Shown: positions 19,232-29,081, counted from the stretch's first letter. The stretch is DNA of 64,000 nucleotides from Nitrososphaerota archaeon (GCA_028867755.1 JAGWFT010000001.1:900727-964726); one strand, 5' to 3'. Notes: generated from the letters alone by a model not told the origin. Numbers and translations: made by a program.

Positions 19232-19981
19232 CTACAGAACATTTGGTATCATTGACTCGTTACCGATTATAGAGCCGTCAAGTGTGACTATTTTTGCAGA
19301 TTTTGGCGTCTTGATGGCGTTTATGATTGGAGAAATTGATTTTTTGTACGATCTTTTGAATGTCGCGTAAAAATACTTGTTAAACGATGGCACTATGACG
19401 ATCTCTATCTCACCTACAGTTGAAGGAAAGATTTGGCTCTTTTCTGCCTTGATTGATACCCATACTCGCTGGCCATCAAGGACCGAGCCCTCCTGAAAGT
19501 ATACTGGATGAACGTGGCCCATCACAATCTTGTTTATGTGGGATAGGTTCTCAGACGGCATTACATGCCCATGGGTCAGTAGTACATCGCCAACTACAAT
19601 GCCTGATGAGCTAGATACCGTTACCCAGTCTGGAACAAGTTTCTGTATATTGCCATCATGGTTTCCTGGAATTACAACTGTGTCAATCTTTTTCCCAATC
19701 TCGAAAAAAAGCGGCACGGCACTCCATTCTATCTTGGATATTGTCTCTACACCTGACTTGATATCGCCTAGCAATACAAGTGAGTCTGGTTTTTGGGATT
19801 CTATGATTGACTCTAGGCTTTGTATTGTTTCTGCAATCATTTGCTTTGGATCGATATGTATGTCATTTGCAACAAGCTTGCTTTCAAATCCGATATGCAG
19901 GTCAGTCACGACAAGATAGCGTTTTTTGTCTTCTACAATTAGGGCAGGCTGAGATTTGACTAGCCTTGTTAATACCATCAA
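19232..19981 (-). CDS. Calcineurin-like metallophosphoesterase
   Basis: Motifs DLHIG, LGDIK, PGNHDG, THGH and GHVHP. Confidence 0.9.
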   Translation of the reverse strand: MMVLTRLVKSQPALIVEDKKRYLVVTDLHIGFESKLVANDIHIDPKQMIAETIQSLESIIESQKPDSLVLLGDIKSGVETISKIEWSAVPLFFEIGKKIDTVVIPGNHDGNIQKLVPDWVTVSSSSGIVVGDVLLTHGHVMPSENLSHINKIVMGHVHPVYFQEGSVLDGQRVWVSIKAEKSQIFPSTVGEIEIVIVPSFNKYFYATFKRSYKKSISPIINAIKTPKSAKIVTLDGSIIGNESMIPNVL

Positions 19982-20012
19982 AGATAATACATTAGTTTTG
20001 AATTAAATTCTT

Positions 20013-20315
20013 GTGAAAGGACGCGGCGATGCCGACTCTATTGTATCTGCCATGGGTGTCAAGCTGCACTACTTTGAGCCAAGCGGGAGAAAAATCTGGA
20101 CCGTAGTAGGAAATGAAAATGAGCACTGGCTTGACCCTGATCTGGGGTTTTGCTCTTGTGCAGATTATTATTACAATGCACTAAGTACTGGTGGAGAGTG
20201 CTACCATCTCAAGGCAGTGAGAGTAGCACAGGCACAAAATAAGATTGAGACTGTGAAATTTTCTGATTTGGAGTTTGAGAATTTTATTTCTGCTCTAGTC
20301 AAAGACTTACTGTAA
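20013..20315 (+). CDS. SWIM-type zinc finger protein
   Basis: CSCADYYY...CYHLKA (CxC-x11-CxH). GTG start. Confidence 0.75.
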   Translation: MKGRGDADSIVSAMGVKLHYFEPSGRKIWTVVGNENEHWLDPDLGFCSCADYYYNALSTGGECYHLKAVRVAQAQNKIETVKFSDLEFENFISALVKDLL

Positions 20316-20595
20316 ACAAGTCTTCTTTTGCAACACCCTTCCAAAGACCAATCATTCCCTCTGGCTTTACTGGCTCTACTTTTGTTATCTTTTGAATCTT
20401 GATGTGGTCAGGATTTGGCGGCATCCAGAGCATTGCCATGTAATCACCCACTGTGCCAACAGCGTCTGGCCTTGCAGAGACTATCTTTTCTTTTGCAAAT
20501 CCCTTTGATACTAGTGCATCAACTGCCTTTTGCTCCAAGTCTCGTCTGCCATGGGTAAAAAGATAGATTGACTTTTGCAAGTCTATTGCACTCAT
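20299..20595 (-). CDS. Hypothetical protein (98 aa from MSAIDLQKS)
   Basis: Protein-like C-terminal 98 aa of the 20299..20994 ORF; the upstream extension is antisense to purD and judged spurious. Confidence 0.7.
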   Translation of the reverse strand: MSAIDLQKSIYLFTHGRRDLEQKAVDALVSKGFAKEKIVSARPDAVGTVGDYMAMLWMPPNPDHIKIQKITKVEPVKPEGMIGLWKGVAKEDLFTVSL

Positions 20596-20681
20596 GGCTC
20601 TTTGAGATTGGGCACCGTTAATCAATATTTCTGCGTGGCATTTTTTTTCATTAGCTTTTATACGAGCCACATGAAGAAAAA

Positions 20682-21962
20682 TTGTTGATAAACGTTCTAG
20701 TTGTGGGCTCTGGCGGACGCGAGCATGCACTTGGGTGGAAATTATCTTCCAGTCCCAAAGTTGGCATAGTGTACCATGCGCCAGGAAATGGCGGAACTCC
20801 AAATAATGTTGAAATTGAGGTGCACGAGATTGAAAAACTTGCAAAATTTGCGTCTGAGAATAACTGCCTGACTGTGGTAGGCCCAGAGGTGCCGCTTGCT
20901 GCAGGAATTGTGGACGAGTTTGCAAAAAAAGGTCTTGCGATATTTGGCCCAACAAAAGCTGCAGCTCAGCTAGAGTCAAGTAAGGTCTGGGCAAAAAATT
21001 TCATGAAAAGAAATGGCATCCCAACTGCACGCTTTGAGGTATTTGACGATGCAACAAAGGCAAAAGAGTATGCAAAATCAGTTGATTATTCACTTGTAGT
21101 AAAGGCAGATGGGCTGGCAGCAGGAAAAGGAGTGATTGTATGCAATGATAAATCAGAGGCAATCTCTGCAATTGACAAGATTCTAGTTGACAAGAGTTTT
21201 GGCGCATCAGGTGCTAGAATTATTTTAGAAGAGAGAATTGATGGTGTGGAGGCGTCATATATCGCAATCTCAGATGGCAATGTTGCATATCCAATGGCTA
21301 CAAGCCAGGATCACAAAAGAATCTATGACAACGATAAAGGGCCAAACACAGGCGGCATGGGTGCATACTCGCCAACTGGCGTTATTGATGATACCATGGC
21401 AGAAAATATTCAAAAAAATGTAATTGAAAAAACTGTCTTGTCGATGAAAAAAGAAAACATCTTGTTTTGTGGATTTTTGTATGCTGGAATAATGGTAAAA
21501 GACGGCAAGCCGTATGTTTTAGAGTTTAATGCAAGGATGGGCGACCCAGAGTGCCAGCCCATAATGATGAGGATGGACTCTGACCTGCTTGATTACATCC
21601 AGGCAAGCATTGATGGAACACTTGCTAGCCTTCCCAATATATCATGGAAGCGCCAGAGTGCAGTCTGCGTGGTCTTGGCCTCAAAGGGATATCCTGATTC
21701 TTATCCAAAAAACGAAGAGATTTTGGGCCTTGATGCATCAAACAAGGACTCGTATGTGTTTCATGCTGGAACAAGGCGTGTGGATGGCAAGGTGTTGACA
21801 AATGGTGGGCGTGTACTTGGAGTTACTGCAACAGGTGATACGTTGCAAAGTGCAATCTACAATGCATATACCAGAGTTGAGAAGATTAGATGGCCTAGTA
21901 AATACTGCAGAACCGACATTGGAAAAAAAGGACTCAGATCCTCTGTGGGTTCAGACTTGTAA
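20682..21962 (+). CDS. purD: Phosphoribosylamine-glycine ligase
   Basis: VLVVGSGGREHAL, VVGPEVPL, QLESSK, KADGLAAGKGV, QDHKR...GPNTGGMGAY and TNGGRVL. Confidence 0.97.
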   Translation: MLINVLVVGSGGREHALGWKLSSSPKVGIVYHAPGNGGTPNNVEIEVHEIEKLAKFASENNCLTVVGPEVPLAAGIVDEFAKKGLAIFGPTKAAAQLESSKVWAKNFMKRNGIPTARFEVFDDATKAKEYAKSVDYSLVVKADGLAAGKGVIVCNDKSEAISAIDKILVDKSFGASGARIILEERIDGVEASYIAISDGNVAYPMATSQDHKRIYDNDKGPNTGGMGAYSPTGVIDDTMAENIQKNVIEKTVLSMKKENILFCGFLYAGIMVKDGKPYVLEFNARMGDPECQPIMMRMDSDLLDYIQASIDGTLASLPNISWKRQSAVCVVLASKGYPDSYPKNEEILGLDASNKDSYVFHAGTRRVDGKVLTNGGRVLGVTATGDTLQSAIYNAYTRVEKIRWPSKYCRTDIGKKGLRSSVGSDL

Positions 21963-21976
21963 GATTCTGGACTGGA
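21945..21976 (+). repeat. Degenerate 32-bp direct repeat, left copy (overlaps purD stop)
   Basis: GTGGGTTCAGACTTGTAAGATTCTGGACTGGA; 25/32 identical to 23957-23988. Confidence 0.6.
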
Positions 21977-21980
21977 TAAC

Positions 21981-22430
21981 TTACTTTATCTTGAATTTTC
22001 TAGAAACCATTATTGCCCCAATTATGGCGCATATGGAAATTATCCCAACCATTGAGCCAAATTCTGGAACCGTCTGCATGATTATCTTTGTAGATGTAAC
22101 TACTTGCCCATTAATTTTGGCATTTGCCTCTATTCCAAAATTGCCTGAGGTTGCTGTTGGTGGCACTTTAAATTGGAGTGCAAAGTTGCCATTGGAATCA
22201 GTTTGAACTGTCCTAATTACAATAAGATTTCCACTTGGATCTTTAACTTGAATTCCAACCAGAGTATTTGGAGCTCCGCTTATTGCTCCATTTATCTGAA
22301 CCGTATCACCAGGGCCATACGAATTTTTGTCGGTATTGAGAATTATCTGTGCTTGTTCAGTAGAAGGATGCACCATTAGAGAAATCAATACAATTGAAAG
22401 CAATGTAAAGAGTACTGTAAAATGTTTCAT
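21981..22430 (-). CDS. Exported Ig-like surface protein with PEFG-CTERM sorting signal
   Basis: Signal peptide, TDKNSYGPGDTV Ig-like start and C-terminal VPEFG + TM helix + basic tail (SRKFKIK). Confidence 0.88.
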   Translation of the reverse strand: MKHFTVLFTLLSIVLISLMVHPSTEQAQIILNTDKNSYGPGDTVQINGAISGAPNTLVGIQVKDPSGNLIVIRTVQTDSNGNFALQFKVPPTATSGNFGIEANAKINGQVVTSTKIIMQTVPEFGSMVGIISICAIIGAIMVSRKFKIK

Positions 22431-22431
22431 C

Positions 22432-23874
22432 TTATTGAATCCCTACTGTTGCTGAGGACTCTGCAGTAAGAGGTGTACCACCATTGCTTGGCCAGTCAGA
22501 ATAAACATCTGCATAAATAGTAGCAGCACCAACACTGGCTCCTGCAGGGATGTAGAATGATACCACCGTCTCACTGCTTCCAGATCCTAATGTTGTTTTG
22601 ATTGAACCAATGCCTAGACTAGTACCATCAGATCCTACCAAGTTGAGAGTGACAAGCGCAGATTGGCTTGAGGTAGACGACAAGACTACTTTAGCAAAAC
22701 CTGTTCCTCCCCTTGTAAATGATGTTACACTATTATTTCCTTGTTGGTCTGTCGGTTGTACAGAGGTTAGAGATACACTAGATAGTTGAGGCGTGTAAAT
22801 CGGTGATAACACCATAAATTGAGCGGAGCCTTTTACATAGTTGTCATTATATGACATGGTTGCAGTTATCTGATAAGTTCCAGCTTTGGCATCTGGTGGT
22901 AATCCTATCTTAAGTACGCCATAACCCTGATTATCTGTTGATATTGTTCTTGATGAAATAACATTGGATAGTGGATCTGTAACAAGAATAGCTACATTCT
23001 GTCCTGCTGGAACACCGGGAGAATACGTCGTTATGGTTGTAGTATCACCTGGATTATACGATGATTTGTCAGATTGAACATTTATTGTGTATGGTGTTGG
23101 CGTAGGAGGAGACGATTGCACTCCATTTCCCACGATAATTTCACCTGTCATCCATGGATGAACCATACAAAAGTAATTGTATGTGCCTGCGGTATTGAAA
23201 GCAGTGCTTGTGTAGGACTTACCAGCTGCAATCAAGCTACTGTCAAAGACAGTGCCAGTCTGACTGTCTGATGGTTTACCGCTTGTTGCAGTGTGACCAA
23301 CGGTGTCAGTGTTTGTCCAAGTTACAGTCTGTCCGATATTGATGTTTAAAATATTTGGATTAAAACAACTTGTTGCTGAGCATGTTCCGTTTGTGGCGCT
23401 TGCACCCCTACTAATTGTTACTTGAGTGCCAGATGGAGTTTGAGATAGCGGTGGAGTATACGGCGGAGTTATTGGTGATACGCTTGCTGTACCAACAATA
23501 ATTTCACCTGTCATCCATGGATGAACCATACAAAAGTAATTGTATGTGCCTGCGGTATTGAAAGCAGTACTCGTGTAAGATTTGCCAGCTGCAATCAAGC
23601 TACTGTCAAAGACAGTGCCAGTTTGATTATCAGATGGGTGACCACTTGTTGCAGTATGTCCAACGGTATCAGCATTTGTCCAAGTTATAGTATCTCCAAT
23701 GCTGATGTTTGCAACTTGGGGATTGAAGCAGGTTGTTGCTGAGCATATTCCGTTTGTAGCACTTGCGCCCTTGCTAATTGTTATTGGGACGTTTGCTGCA
23801 TAAGCTGGTTGAGCTATTGCAAAAATTCCAGCAACTAGGATAAGAGAGAATACAAATAAGTTGTTGTATCTCAT
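22432..23874 (-). CDS. Exported protein with two type-1 copper (cupredoxin/plastocyanin-like) domains and Ig-like C-terminal domains
   Basis: Signal peptide; two copies of W.N.D...HTATSG...FDSS...YFCMVHPWMTG (His...CxxHxxM ligand set). Confidence 0.9.
   Translation of the reverse strand: MRYNNLFVFSLILVAGIFAIAQPAYAANVPITISKGASATNGICSATTCFNPQVANISIGDTITWTNADTVGHTATSGHPSDNQTGTVFDSSLIAAGKSYTSTAFNTAGTYNYFCMVHPWMTGEIIVGTASVSPITPPYTPPLSQTPSGTQVTISRGASATNGTCSATSCFNPNILNINIGQTVTWTNTDTVGHTATSGKPSDSQTGTVFDSSLIAAGKSYTSTAFNTAGTYNYFCMVHPWMTGEIIVGNGVQSSPPTPTPYTINVQSDKSSYNPGDTTTITTYSPGVPAGQNVAILVTDPLSNVISSRTISTDNQGYGVLKIGLPPDAKAGTYQITATMSYNDNYVKGSAQFMVLSPIYTPQLSSVSLTSVQPTDQQGNNSVTSFTRGGTGFAKVVLSSTSSQSALVTLNLVGSDGTSLGIGSIKTTLGSGSSETVVSFYIPAGASVGAATIYADVYSDWPSNGGTPLTAESSATVGIQ
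23135..23568. repeat. Intragenic duplication of cupredoxin domain (363-nt period; 71-nt identical core at 23135-23205 and 23498-23568)
   Basis: Direct reading of the sequence. Confidence 0.9.
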
Positions 23875-23956
23875 TAGTATTGTACGTAGTATTCCACTAT
23901 ATGACTTTGATCCTAATCTCGTATAATGTCTTTGTCCATTTAAACTCGAATCTTTA

Positions 23957-23988
23957 GTGGATTCAGACCTGTAAGAGCTTGAACTAGA
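23957..23988 (+). repeat. Degenerate 32-bp direct repeat, right copy
   Basis: GTGGATTCAGACCTGTAAGAGCTTGAACTAGA; it encodes VDSDL* where the purD end encodes VGSDL*. Confidence 0.6.
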
Positions 23989-24012
23989 ATGGAAAATATT
24001 GATTCTGTTCTA

Positions 24013-24576
24013 TTATGAATCAGGATAGATAATCTCACTTTCTGTTACAATACAGTCCACTTTGACGTCATGGTTTTCGTGAGGAATCACTTTTACGACT
24101 TGTTTAGAATAGGATAACGCAATCTTCTTGGAACGCTTGTCATGCAGATATCTGTCATAGTATCCAAATCCATATCCTAGCCTGTATCCTTCCCTTGTCA
24201 GTGCAATTGCAGGCACCAAAATCACCTCAAGCTTCTTTACTGTCTCGCAGCGCTCCTTTGGTTCCATAACAGAAAAGTTTCCAAGCTCAAGGTCTGAAAA
24301 ACTAGAAATTTTCTTAAAGACCAAGTCATCTTTTTCCACCCTTGGAAGTGACAGTTCCTTTCCTGCATTTAGTATCTCTTGCAAGATATCTTGTGTGTGA
24401 ACCTCGCTTCCTACCGCATGATACCCGCCTATTATCTTGGCATTTCTGTAAAACTCTATCTTTCGCAGGTTATCCTGAATCTTGCCGCTTGCTATCTTGA
24501 TAAAATCAAGCGAGGTGTTGTCGCGCTGGTCCAAAAGTTGCTTGCGAAGACGCGCCTTTTCAACGATTTGTGGCAA
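24013..24576 (-). CDS. 5-formyltetrahydrofolate cyclo-ligase
   Basis: KARLRKQLL, EVHT, LPRV, EP, LVPAIA...GYRLGYGFGYYDR and HDVKVDCIVTE. Confidence 0.92.
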   Translation of the reverse strand: MPQIVEKARLRKQLLDQRDNTSLDFIKIASGKIQDNLRKIEFYRNAKIIGGYHAVGSEVHTQDILQEILNAGKELSLPRVEKDDLVFKKISSFSDLELGNFSVMEPKERCETVKKLEVILVPAIALTREGYRLGYGFGYYDRYLHDKRSKKIALSYSKQVVKVIPHENHDVKVDCIVTESEIIYPDS

Positions 24577-25429
24577 ATCCTTTACTAATTGAAGCTGCAG
24601 TGACAGTGTTTCTTAAAAGCATCGCTCTAGTCATGGGCCCAACACCCCCAGGAACAGGAGTTGCATATGACGCCTTTTTGATTATACCATCATAATCAGC
24701 ATCTCCTGCAAGCTTGCCATTTACCCTGCTTGTCCCAACATCAATTACAACAGCACCTTCTCGTATCATGTCTGCAGTAAGGGTAAACTTGGCCCTGTTC
24801 CCAACCGCAGTTACCACAATGTCTGCACCAAGGCACAGATCCTTGAGATTTTTTGTCTTAGAATGGCATGTAGTAACAGTAGCATTTTTTTCTAGCATGA
24901 GATGATAAAGCGGCTTTCCTACCAAGTTGCTCCTGTTTATTATGACAACATTTTTTCCAGACAGGTCAATGCCATAGTAATCAAACAGTTCCATTATCCC
25001 TGATGGTGTGCATGGTTTTAGAATTGCCCTGCCAGAGGCCAAGAGGCCAACGTTGTAGGGAGTCAGACCATCAACATCTTTTATTGGCGAGATGCGAGTT
25101 GTCGTTGAAAACTCGTCAAGTTGCTTTGGCAGCGGCAACTGGACTAGAATTCCATGAACCGTCTTATCATTATTTAGAAGGTCAATGAGGCTGTCAAGTT
25201 CCATCTGAGAGAACTCTTGTGGTAATCTATGGTCCTTTGTGATGATGCCAACCTCGGCGCAATCTTTTTGCTTGCTTGTTACATATGACGCAGATGCTGG
25301 GTCGTCTCCAATTAGTATGGTTGCAAGGCATGGCTCGACACCATCTTTTTTGAGCTCAGAAACTGATGCCCTAACTAACTCCTTGACAGAATTTGCAACT
25401 GTAATACCGTCTATTTTCTGTCCAGTCAA
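24560..25429 (-). CDS. folD: Bifunctional methylene-THF dehydrogenase/cyclohydrolase
   Basis: IDG..VA, YVTSK, HGILVQLPLP, KDVDG, PCTPSG, INRSNLVGKP and TPVPGGVGPMT. Confidence 0.96.
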   Translation of the reverse strand: MTGQKIDGITVANSVKELVRASVSELKKDGVEPCLATILIGDDPASASYVTSKQKDCAEVGIITKDHRLPQEFSQMELDSLIDLLNNDKTVHGILVQLPLPKQLDEFSTTTRISPIKDVDGLTPYNVGLLASGRAILKPCTPSGIMELFDYYGIDLSGKNVVIINRSNLVGKPLYHLMLEKNATVTTCHSKTKNLKDLCLGADIVVTAVGNRAKFTLTADMIREGAVVIDVGTSRVNGKLAGDADYDGIIKKASYATPVPGGVGPMTRAMLLRNTVTAASISKGFATNR

Positions 25430-25496
25430 ACATCATTGAGTAACTTTTAGGATATTTAATCCTTGGAATTTATTATCTCAAACTACGATAGATTTC

Positions 25497-26042
25497 TTGA
25501 TGAATCTACGAGAAGCAGAAACTGTAATTCGGGATACCATTGAGCAAATAAAAAAACACGAAATAGAGCTGCACCAAGGATGTGTTGCATGCCACGTAAT
25601 ATTTTCACTAAAACAAAAGTCTGGAAGATCAGAACAAGACGCAGCAGACATGATGTCAGAAATTCTAACAAATGACCCAGAATTAAATTCTGAACTAATA
25701 GAGACTGTGGAGCAGGTACACATGACAGAGCGAGGAATGGGGGGAACATTCGCAGCAAGAGAGCGAGAATCAAAGGACATCTATCTTGAAGCCTACTTTG
25801 CAAATGTACTTGACGAGCTTACATCAGACCTGCAACATGCAACGCACGATGTCATACTGAGAAAATTACTGCTAAGCTACCTGTCGCTCTATCTTGCACA
25901 AACCATCGGCGTGGATTATCATGCAGCAACTGAGGAACTCTATTACCTATTGCGAAAAGATGATGGCAAGAATTCAAAGATTGCACAACTGATTGCAAGA
26001 TTTGAAGAAAGGATAAAAAAACAAGGTTCTGGCATGCGTTAA
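25497..26042 (+). CDS. Hypothetical helical protein with CxxCH motif
   Basis: 181-aa ATG ORF containing GCVACH; no signal peptide. Confidence 0.75.
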   Translation: MMNLREAETVIRDTIEQIKKHEIELHQGCVACHVIFSLKQKSGRSEQDAADMMSEILTNDPELNSELIETVEQVHMTERGMGGTFAARERESKDIYLEAYFANVLDELTSDLQHATHDVILRKLLLSYLSLYLAQTIGVDYHAATEELYYLLRKDDGKNSKIAQLIARFEERIKKQGSGMR

Positions 26043-26077
26043 ATCCATTAATATCTCAACTAGCCCATGCTAAACTA

Positions 26078-26398
26078 TTGAAGATAGAGTTTGATACAAA
26101 AAAATATGTAAAAGACTTGGCCAAGTCCAAGTCATATTTTCACACATTTCTGAATAAAGAAAACATTGCCGCAGGCATTCTAAGACTTGAGCCAGGTGAA
26201 AAAGACACCCAATCTCCACATGAGAGCGACGAGGTGTATTATATCGTAAAAGGAGACGGCTTTTTGAGCATAGGTGGCAAGGATTACAAAATATCAGAAG
26301 GAATGTCATACTATGTGGCAAAAAACATTGAACACCAATTCCATAATAACACAAAAGAGCTAATAGTTGTGTATTTTTTTAGTGGGCAAGACTCTTAG
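26078..26398 (+). CDS. Cupin domain protein
   Basis: PHESDEVYYIVKGDG...VAKNIEHQF cupin motifs 1 and 2. Confidence 0.88.
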   Translation: MKIEFDTKKYVKDLAKSKSYFHTFLNKENIAAGILRLEPGEKDTQSPHESDEVYYIVKGDGFLSIGGKDYKISEGMSYYVAKNIEHQFHNNTKELIVVYFFSGQDS

Positions 26399-27012
26399 GA
26401 TGTTACAGTCTTTCTGCCCCTTGTCTTTATTCTGCCTTCTGCAAAAAGCCTGACTGCTTTGGGATAAATCCTGTGCTCTTGCTCTAGTATTCTTTTTGAG
26501 AGGCTCTCTTCTGTGTCTCCATCTTTTACCTTGACTATAGCTTGTAGTATTATGGGGCCAGTATCTACTCCCTCGTCAACAAAGTGCACCGTGCATCCTG
26601 AATATTTCACGCCATGCTCGATTGCCTGCCTTTGGGAATGTAGTCCTGGAAATGCAGGCAAAATTGCAGGATGTATGTTGATTATTCTTCCTTGATACTT
26701 TTTGATAAACTCTGGACTCATTATTCTCATAAATCCAGCAAGGCAGATCAGGCCATTTTTTGGCGTGACATTGTTTTCTTCAAGAAGTGATACTAGTTTT
26801 TGGTCATACTCCCAGCTTCCGCCCTTGAGCCCGGTGCTATCAACTATTGCAGTCTTGACTCCAAGTTTTTGCGCAACCTTCAGCCCCTTCGCATCAGGTT
26901 TGTTTGATATTACAACTGCAGGCTTGATTGGAATCTTTTTCTTTTTGACCGTGCGCAAGATTGCTTCCATGTTAGAGCCGCGTCCTGAAATCAGGATTGC
27001 AAGATTTACCAT
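26395..27012 (-). CDS. purN: Phosphoribosylglycinamide formyltransferase
   Basis: Start at MVNLAILISGRGSNM; LAGFMRI, INIHPAILP and GCTVHFVDEGVDTGPII. Confidence 0.96.
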   Translation of the reverse strand: MVNLAILISGRGSNMEAILRTVKKKKIPIKPAVVISNKPDAKGLKVAQKLGVKTAIVDSTGLKGGSWEYDQKLVSLLEENNVTPKNGLICLAGFMRIMSPEFIKKYQGRIINIHPAILPAFPGLHSQRQAIEHGVKYSGCTVHFVDEGVDTGPIILQAIVKVKDGDTEESLSKRILEQEHRIYPKAVRLFAEGRIKTRGRKTVTS

Positions 27013-27168
27013 GTGTATTGGTTTTGGCCTTGTGTAAATAAACATCTTACGCTAGTTGCAAAAAAGATCGAGTTTGAATTGCTTTAGACTAGATGTTGTG
27101 ATGGATCAATCTTGCAATTTATATCCGATGCACTTCTCCAAAATCTCAATTTGAAGCAAGTTGTAAAG

Positions 27169-28134
27169 ATGACCTCTAACGGTATTTTTGTATCAACCCA
27201 GAATGGTGCCAAGATACACCTTGATCCAAAAAAGGGTGCAGACGACGGCATTACCTTTGTCTCTCATGCCCATCTAGACCACCTTCACAGGCAGAATGGC
27301 GGGCTTGTACTGACATCAAAGCAGACAAGCGAGATTGCAAGACTGCGAGGCTATTCAATTGAGAACTATCTTGAAGAGTATGAGGATTTTTCGCTAATTG
27401 ATGCAGGCCATATTCTTGGGGCAAAGGGGCTCTTGTTTGGAGACGGTGTTTTCTATACTGGGGACATTAGCATACGCGAGCGCGCTTTTATGAAAGGTGC
27501 CAATGTTCCAAAATGCAAGGTATTGATAACAGAGTGCACATTTGGGATGCCAGAGTACGTATTTCCGAAAGTGCAAGAAACAGTCAAACGTGTCAACGAA
27601 ATAATATCTGAATTATACTCTAAAGGCAAGCCCGTGATTCTTCTTGGGTATGAGCTTGGCAAGGCGCAAATTCTCTCGTATTTGTTCTCACACTGGTCAC
27701 CATACTATCATGATTCTGTAAAAAAAGTAAATGATATCTATCGAAAATTTGGAATAAACCTGCAAGATTCCATGGGCCACTCTGAAGCAGAAAGTGCTGG
27801 GCTCTTGGACAAAAAGCCATGGCTTATGATTGCGCCAAACATGAGTGGCAAGAATAGTTTTGTGCAGCACATGAAATCAAGATATGATGCAATAACAATT
27901 GGCTTTAGCGGATGGGCCCAGTCGCCAAGATTTGCATTTGCAAGACAGCATGATTATTCCATACCGTTGAGTGACCATTGCGATTACAACGAGTTGGTAC
28001 AGCTTGTCAAGCAGTGCAATCCTGAAAAAATCTATACAGTGCATGGGTTTGTGGAGGAATTTGCATCAGATCTAGTCAAAATGGGATATGATGCCCAGCC
28101 TCTCACTGAAAACGCGCTAGACGATTATTTTTGA
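27169..28134 (+). CDS. Metallo-beta-lactamase / beta-CASP family nuclease
   Basis: SHAHLDH, AGHILG, YTGD, ITECTFG, GKAQ and PLSDHCDY. ATG 27169 preferred over the upstream TTG. Confidence 0.85.
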   Translation: MTSNGIFVSTQNGAKIHLDPKKGADDGITFVSHAHLDHLHRQNGGLVLTSKQTSEIARLRGYSIENYLEEYEDFSLIDAGHILGAKGLLFGDGVFYTGDISIRERAFMKGANVPKCKVLITECTFGMPEYVFPKVQETVKRVNEIISELYSKGKPVILLGYELGKAQILSYLFSHWSPYYHDSVKKVNDIYRKFGINLQDSMGHSEAESAGLLDKKPWLMIAPNMSGKNSFVQHMKSRYDAITIGFSGWAQSPRFAFARQHDYSIPLSDHCDYNELVQLVKQCNPEKIYTVHGFVEEFASDLVKMGYDAQPLTENALDDYF

Positions 28135-28244
28135 GTGCAACTATTAATCTTGGGTGCTCTTCCAACTTACCACATTTTCATCTAGTAACTAGATTGTCAC
28201 TTTGCACTTTATATGGATTGTAGCTGTATGGTAATTGTACAAAA

Positions 28245-29081
28245 ATGACAGATCAAAAAGTTGCTATTGTTACTGGTAGTTCAAGTGGAATAGGATATGA
28301 GACTGCACTTGTACTTGCAAGAAATGGTTTTCGTACATATGCAACTATGAGGAATCTAGAAAAAGCAAAAGCTATCTCAGATGTAGCAAAAAAAGAAAAA
28401 CTTTCATTGCATACAATAAAGTTAGATGTTACAGATGAAAAATCTGTAAACGACGCCATTAAAACTATCAAGTCTGAAGCAGGAAGAATTGATGTACTGG
28501 TAAATAACGCAGGCTATGGTCTAATGGGATCTCTTGAGGATCTATTGATGAGTGAGATAAAGGCGCAGTATGAAACAAACGTCTTTGGTCTGATACGAGT
28601 AACCCAAGCAGTTCTGCCTATTATGAGGGAGCAAAAAGGTGGCATTATTGTAAATATTAGCTCTATAGGTGGGAAGATGGCAATGCCGTTGTCATCGCCA
28701 TACATTGGTACAAAATTTGCAGTTGAGGGCCTCAGCGAATCTATTGCATATGATCTAGAGCCATTTGGAATCAAAATTATCCTAATAGAGCCAGGTGCAA
28801 TCAAGACCAATTTTGACACTGGCATGATAGTAGCTCAAAAAAATCAAAACCCAATCTCTCCTTATTACAACGGCATGCAAAAGTTGCAGAGTTCTCTTAA
28901 TGCCATTTTAAAGAATGGCACCTTGCCTGCCAAGGTCGCTGATGTAATATTAAACGCAATTACAATACCCAATCCTAATCTTAGATATACTGTAGGTGAT
29001 GATGCTGCCTTGCTTGCACAAAAAAGAAGAGAGCTGCCAGATTCAGAATTTCGTAAACTTGTTTCAGAGTTTCTCAAATAA
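28245..29081 (+). CDS. Short-chain dehydrogenase/reductase (SDR)
   Basis: TGSSSGIG, NNAG, SS and catalytic YxxxK (YIGTK), then IEPG. Confidence 0.93.
   Translation: MTDQKVAIVTGSSSGIGYETALVLARNGFRTYATMRNLEKAKAISDVAKKEKLSLHTIKLDVTDEKSVNDAIKTIKSEAGRIDVLVNNAGYGLMGSLEDLLMSEIKAQYETNVFGLIRVTQAVLPIMREQKGGIIVNISSIGGKMAMPLSSPYIGTKFAVEGLSESIAYDLEPFGIKIILIEPGAIKTNFDTGMIVAQKNQNPISPYYNGMQKLQSSLNAILKNGTLPAKVADVILNAITIPNPNLRYTVGDDAALLAQKRRELPDSEFRKLVSEFLK

Noticed and set aside
20596-20994. N-terminal extension of the 231-aa minus-strand ORF
   Set aside because: It is antisense to purD with low-complexity Q/L-rich composition, i.e. a shadow frame.
25575-25595. CxxCH as a c-type cytochrome
   Set aside because: No signal peptide or TM segment; kept only as a metal-site observation.
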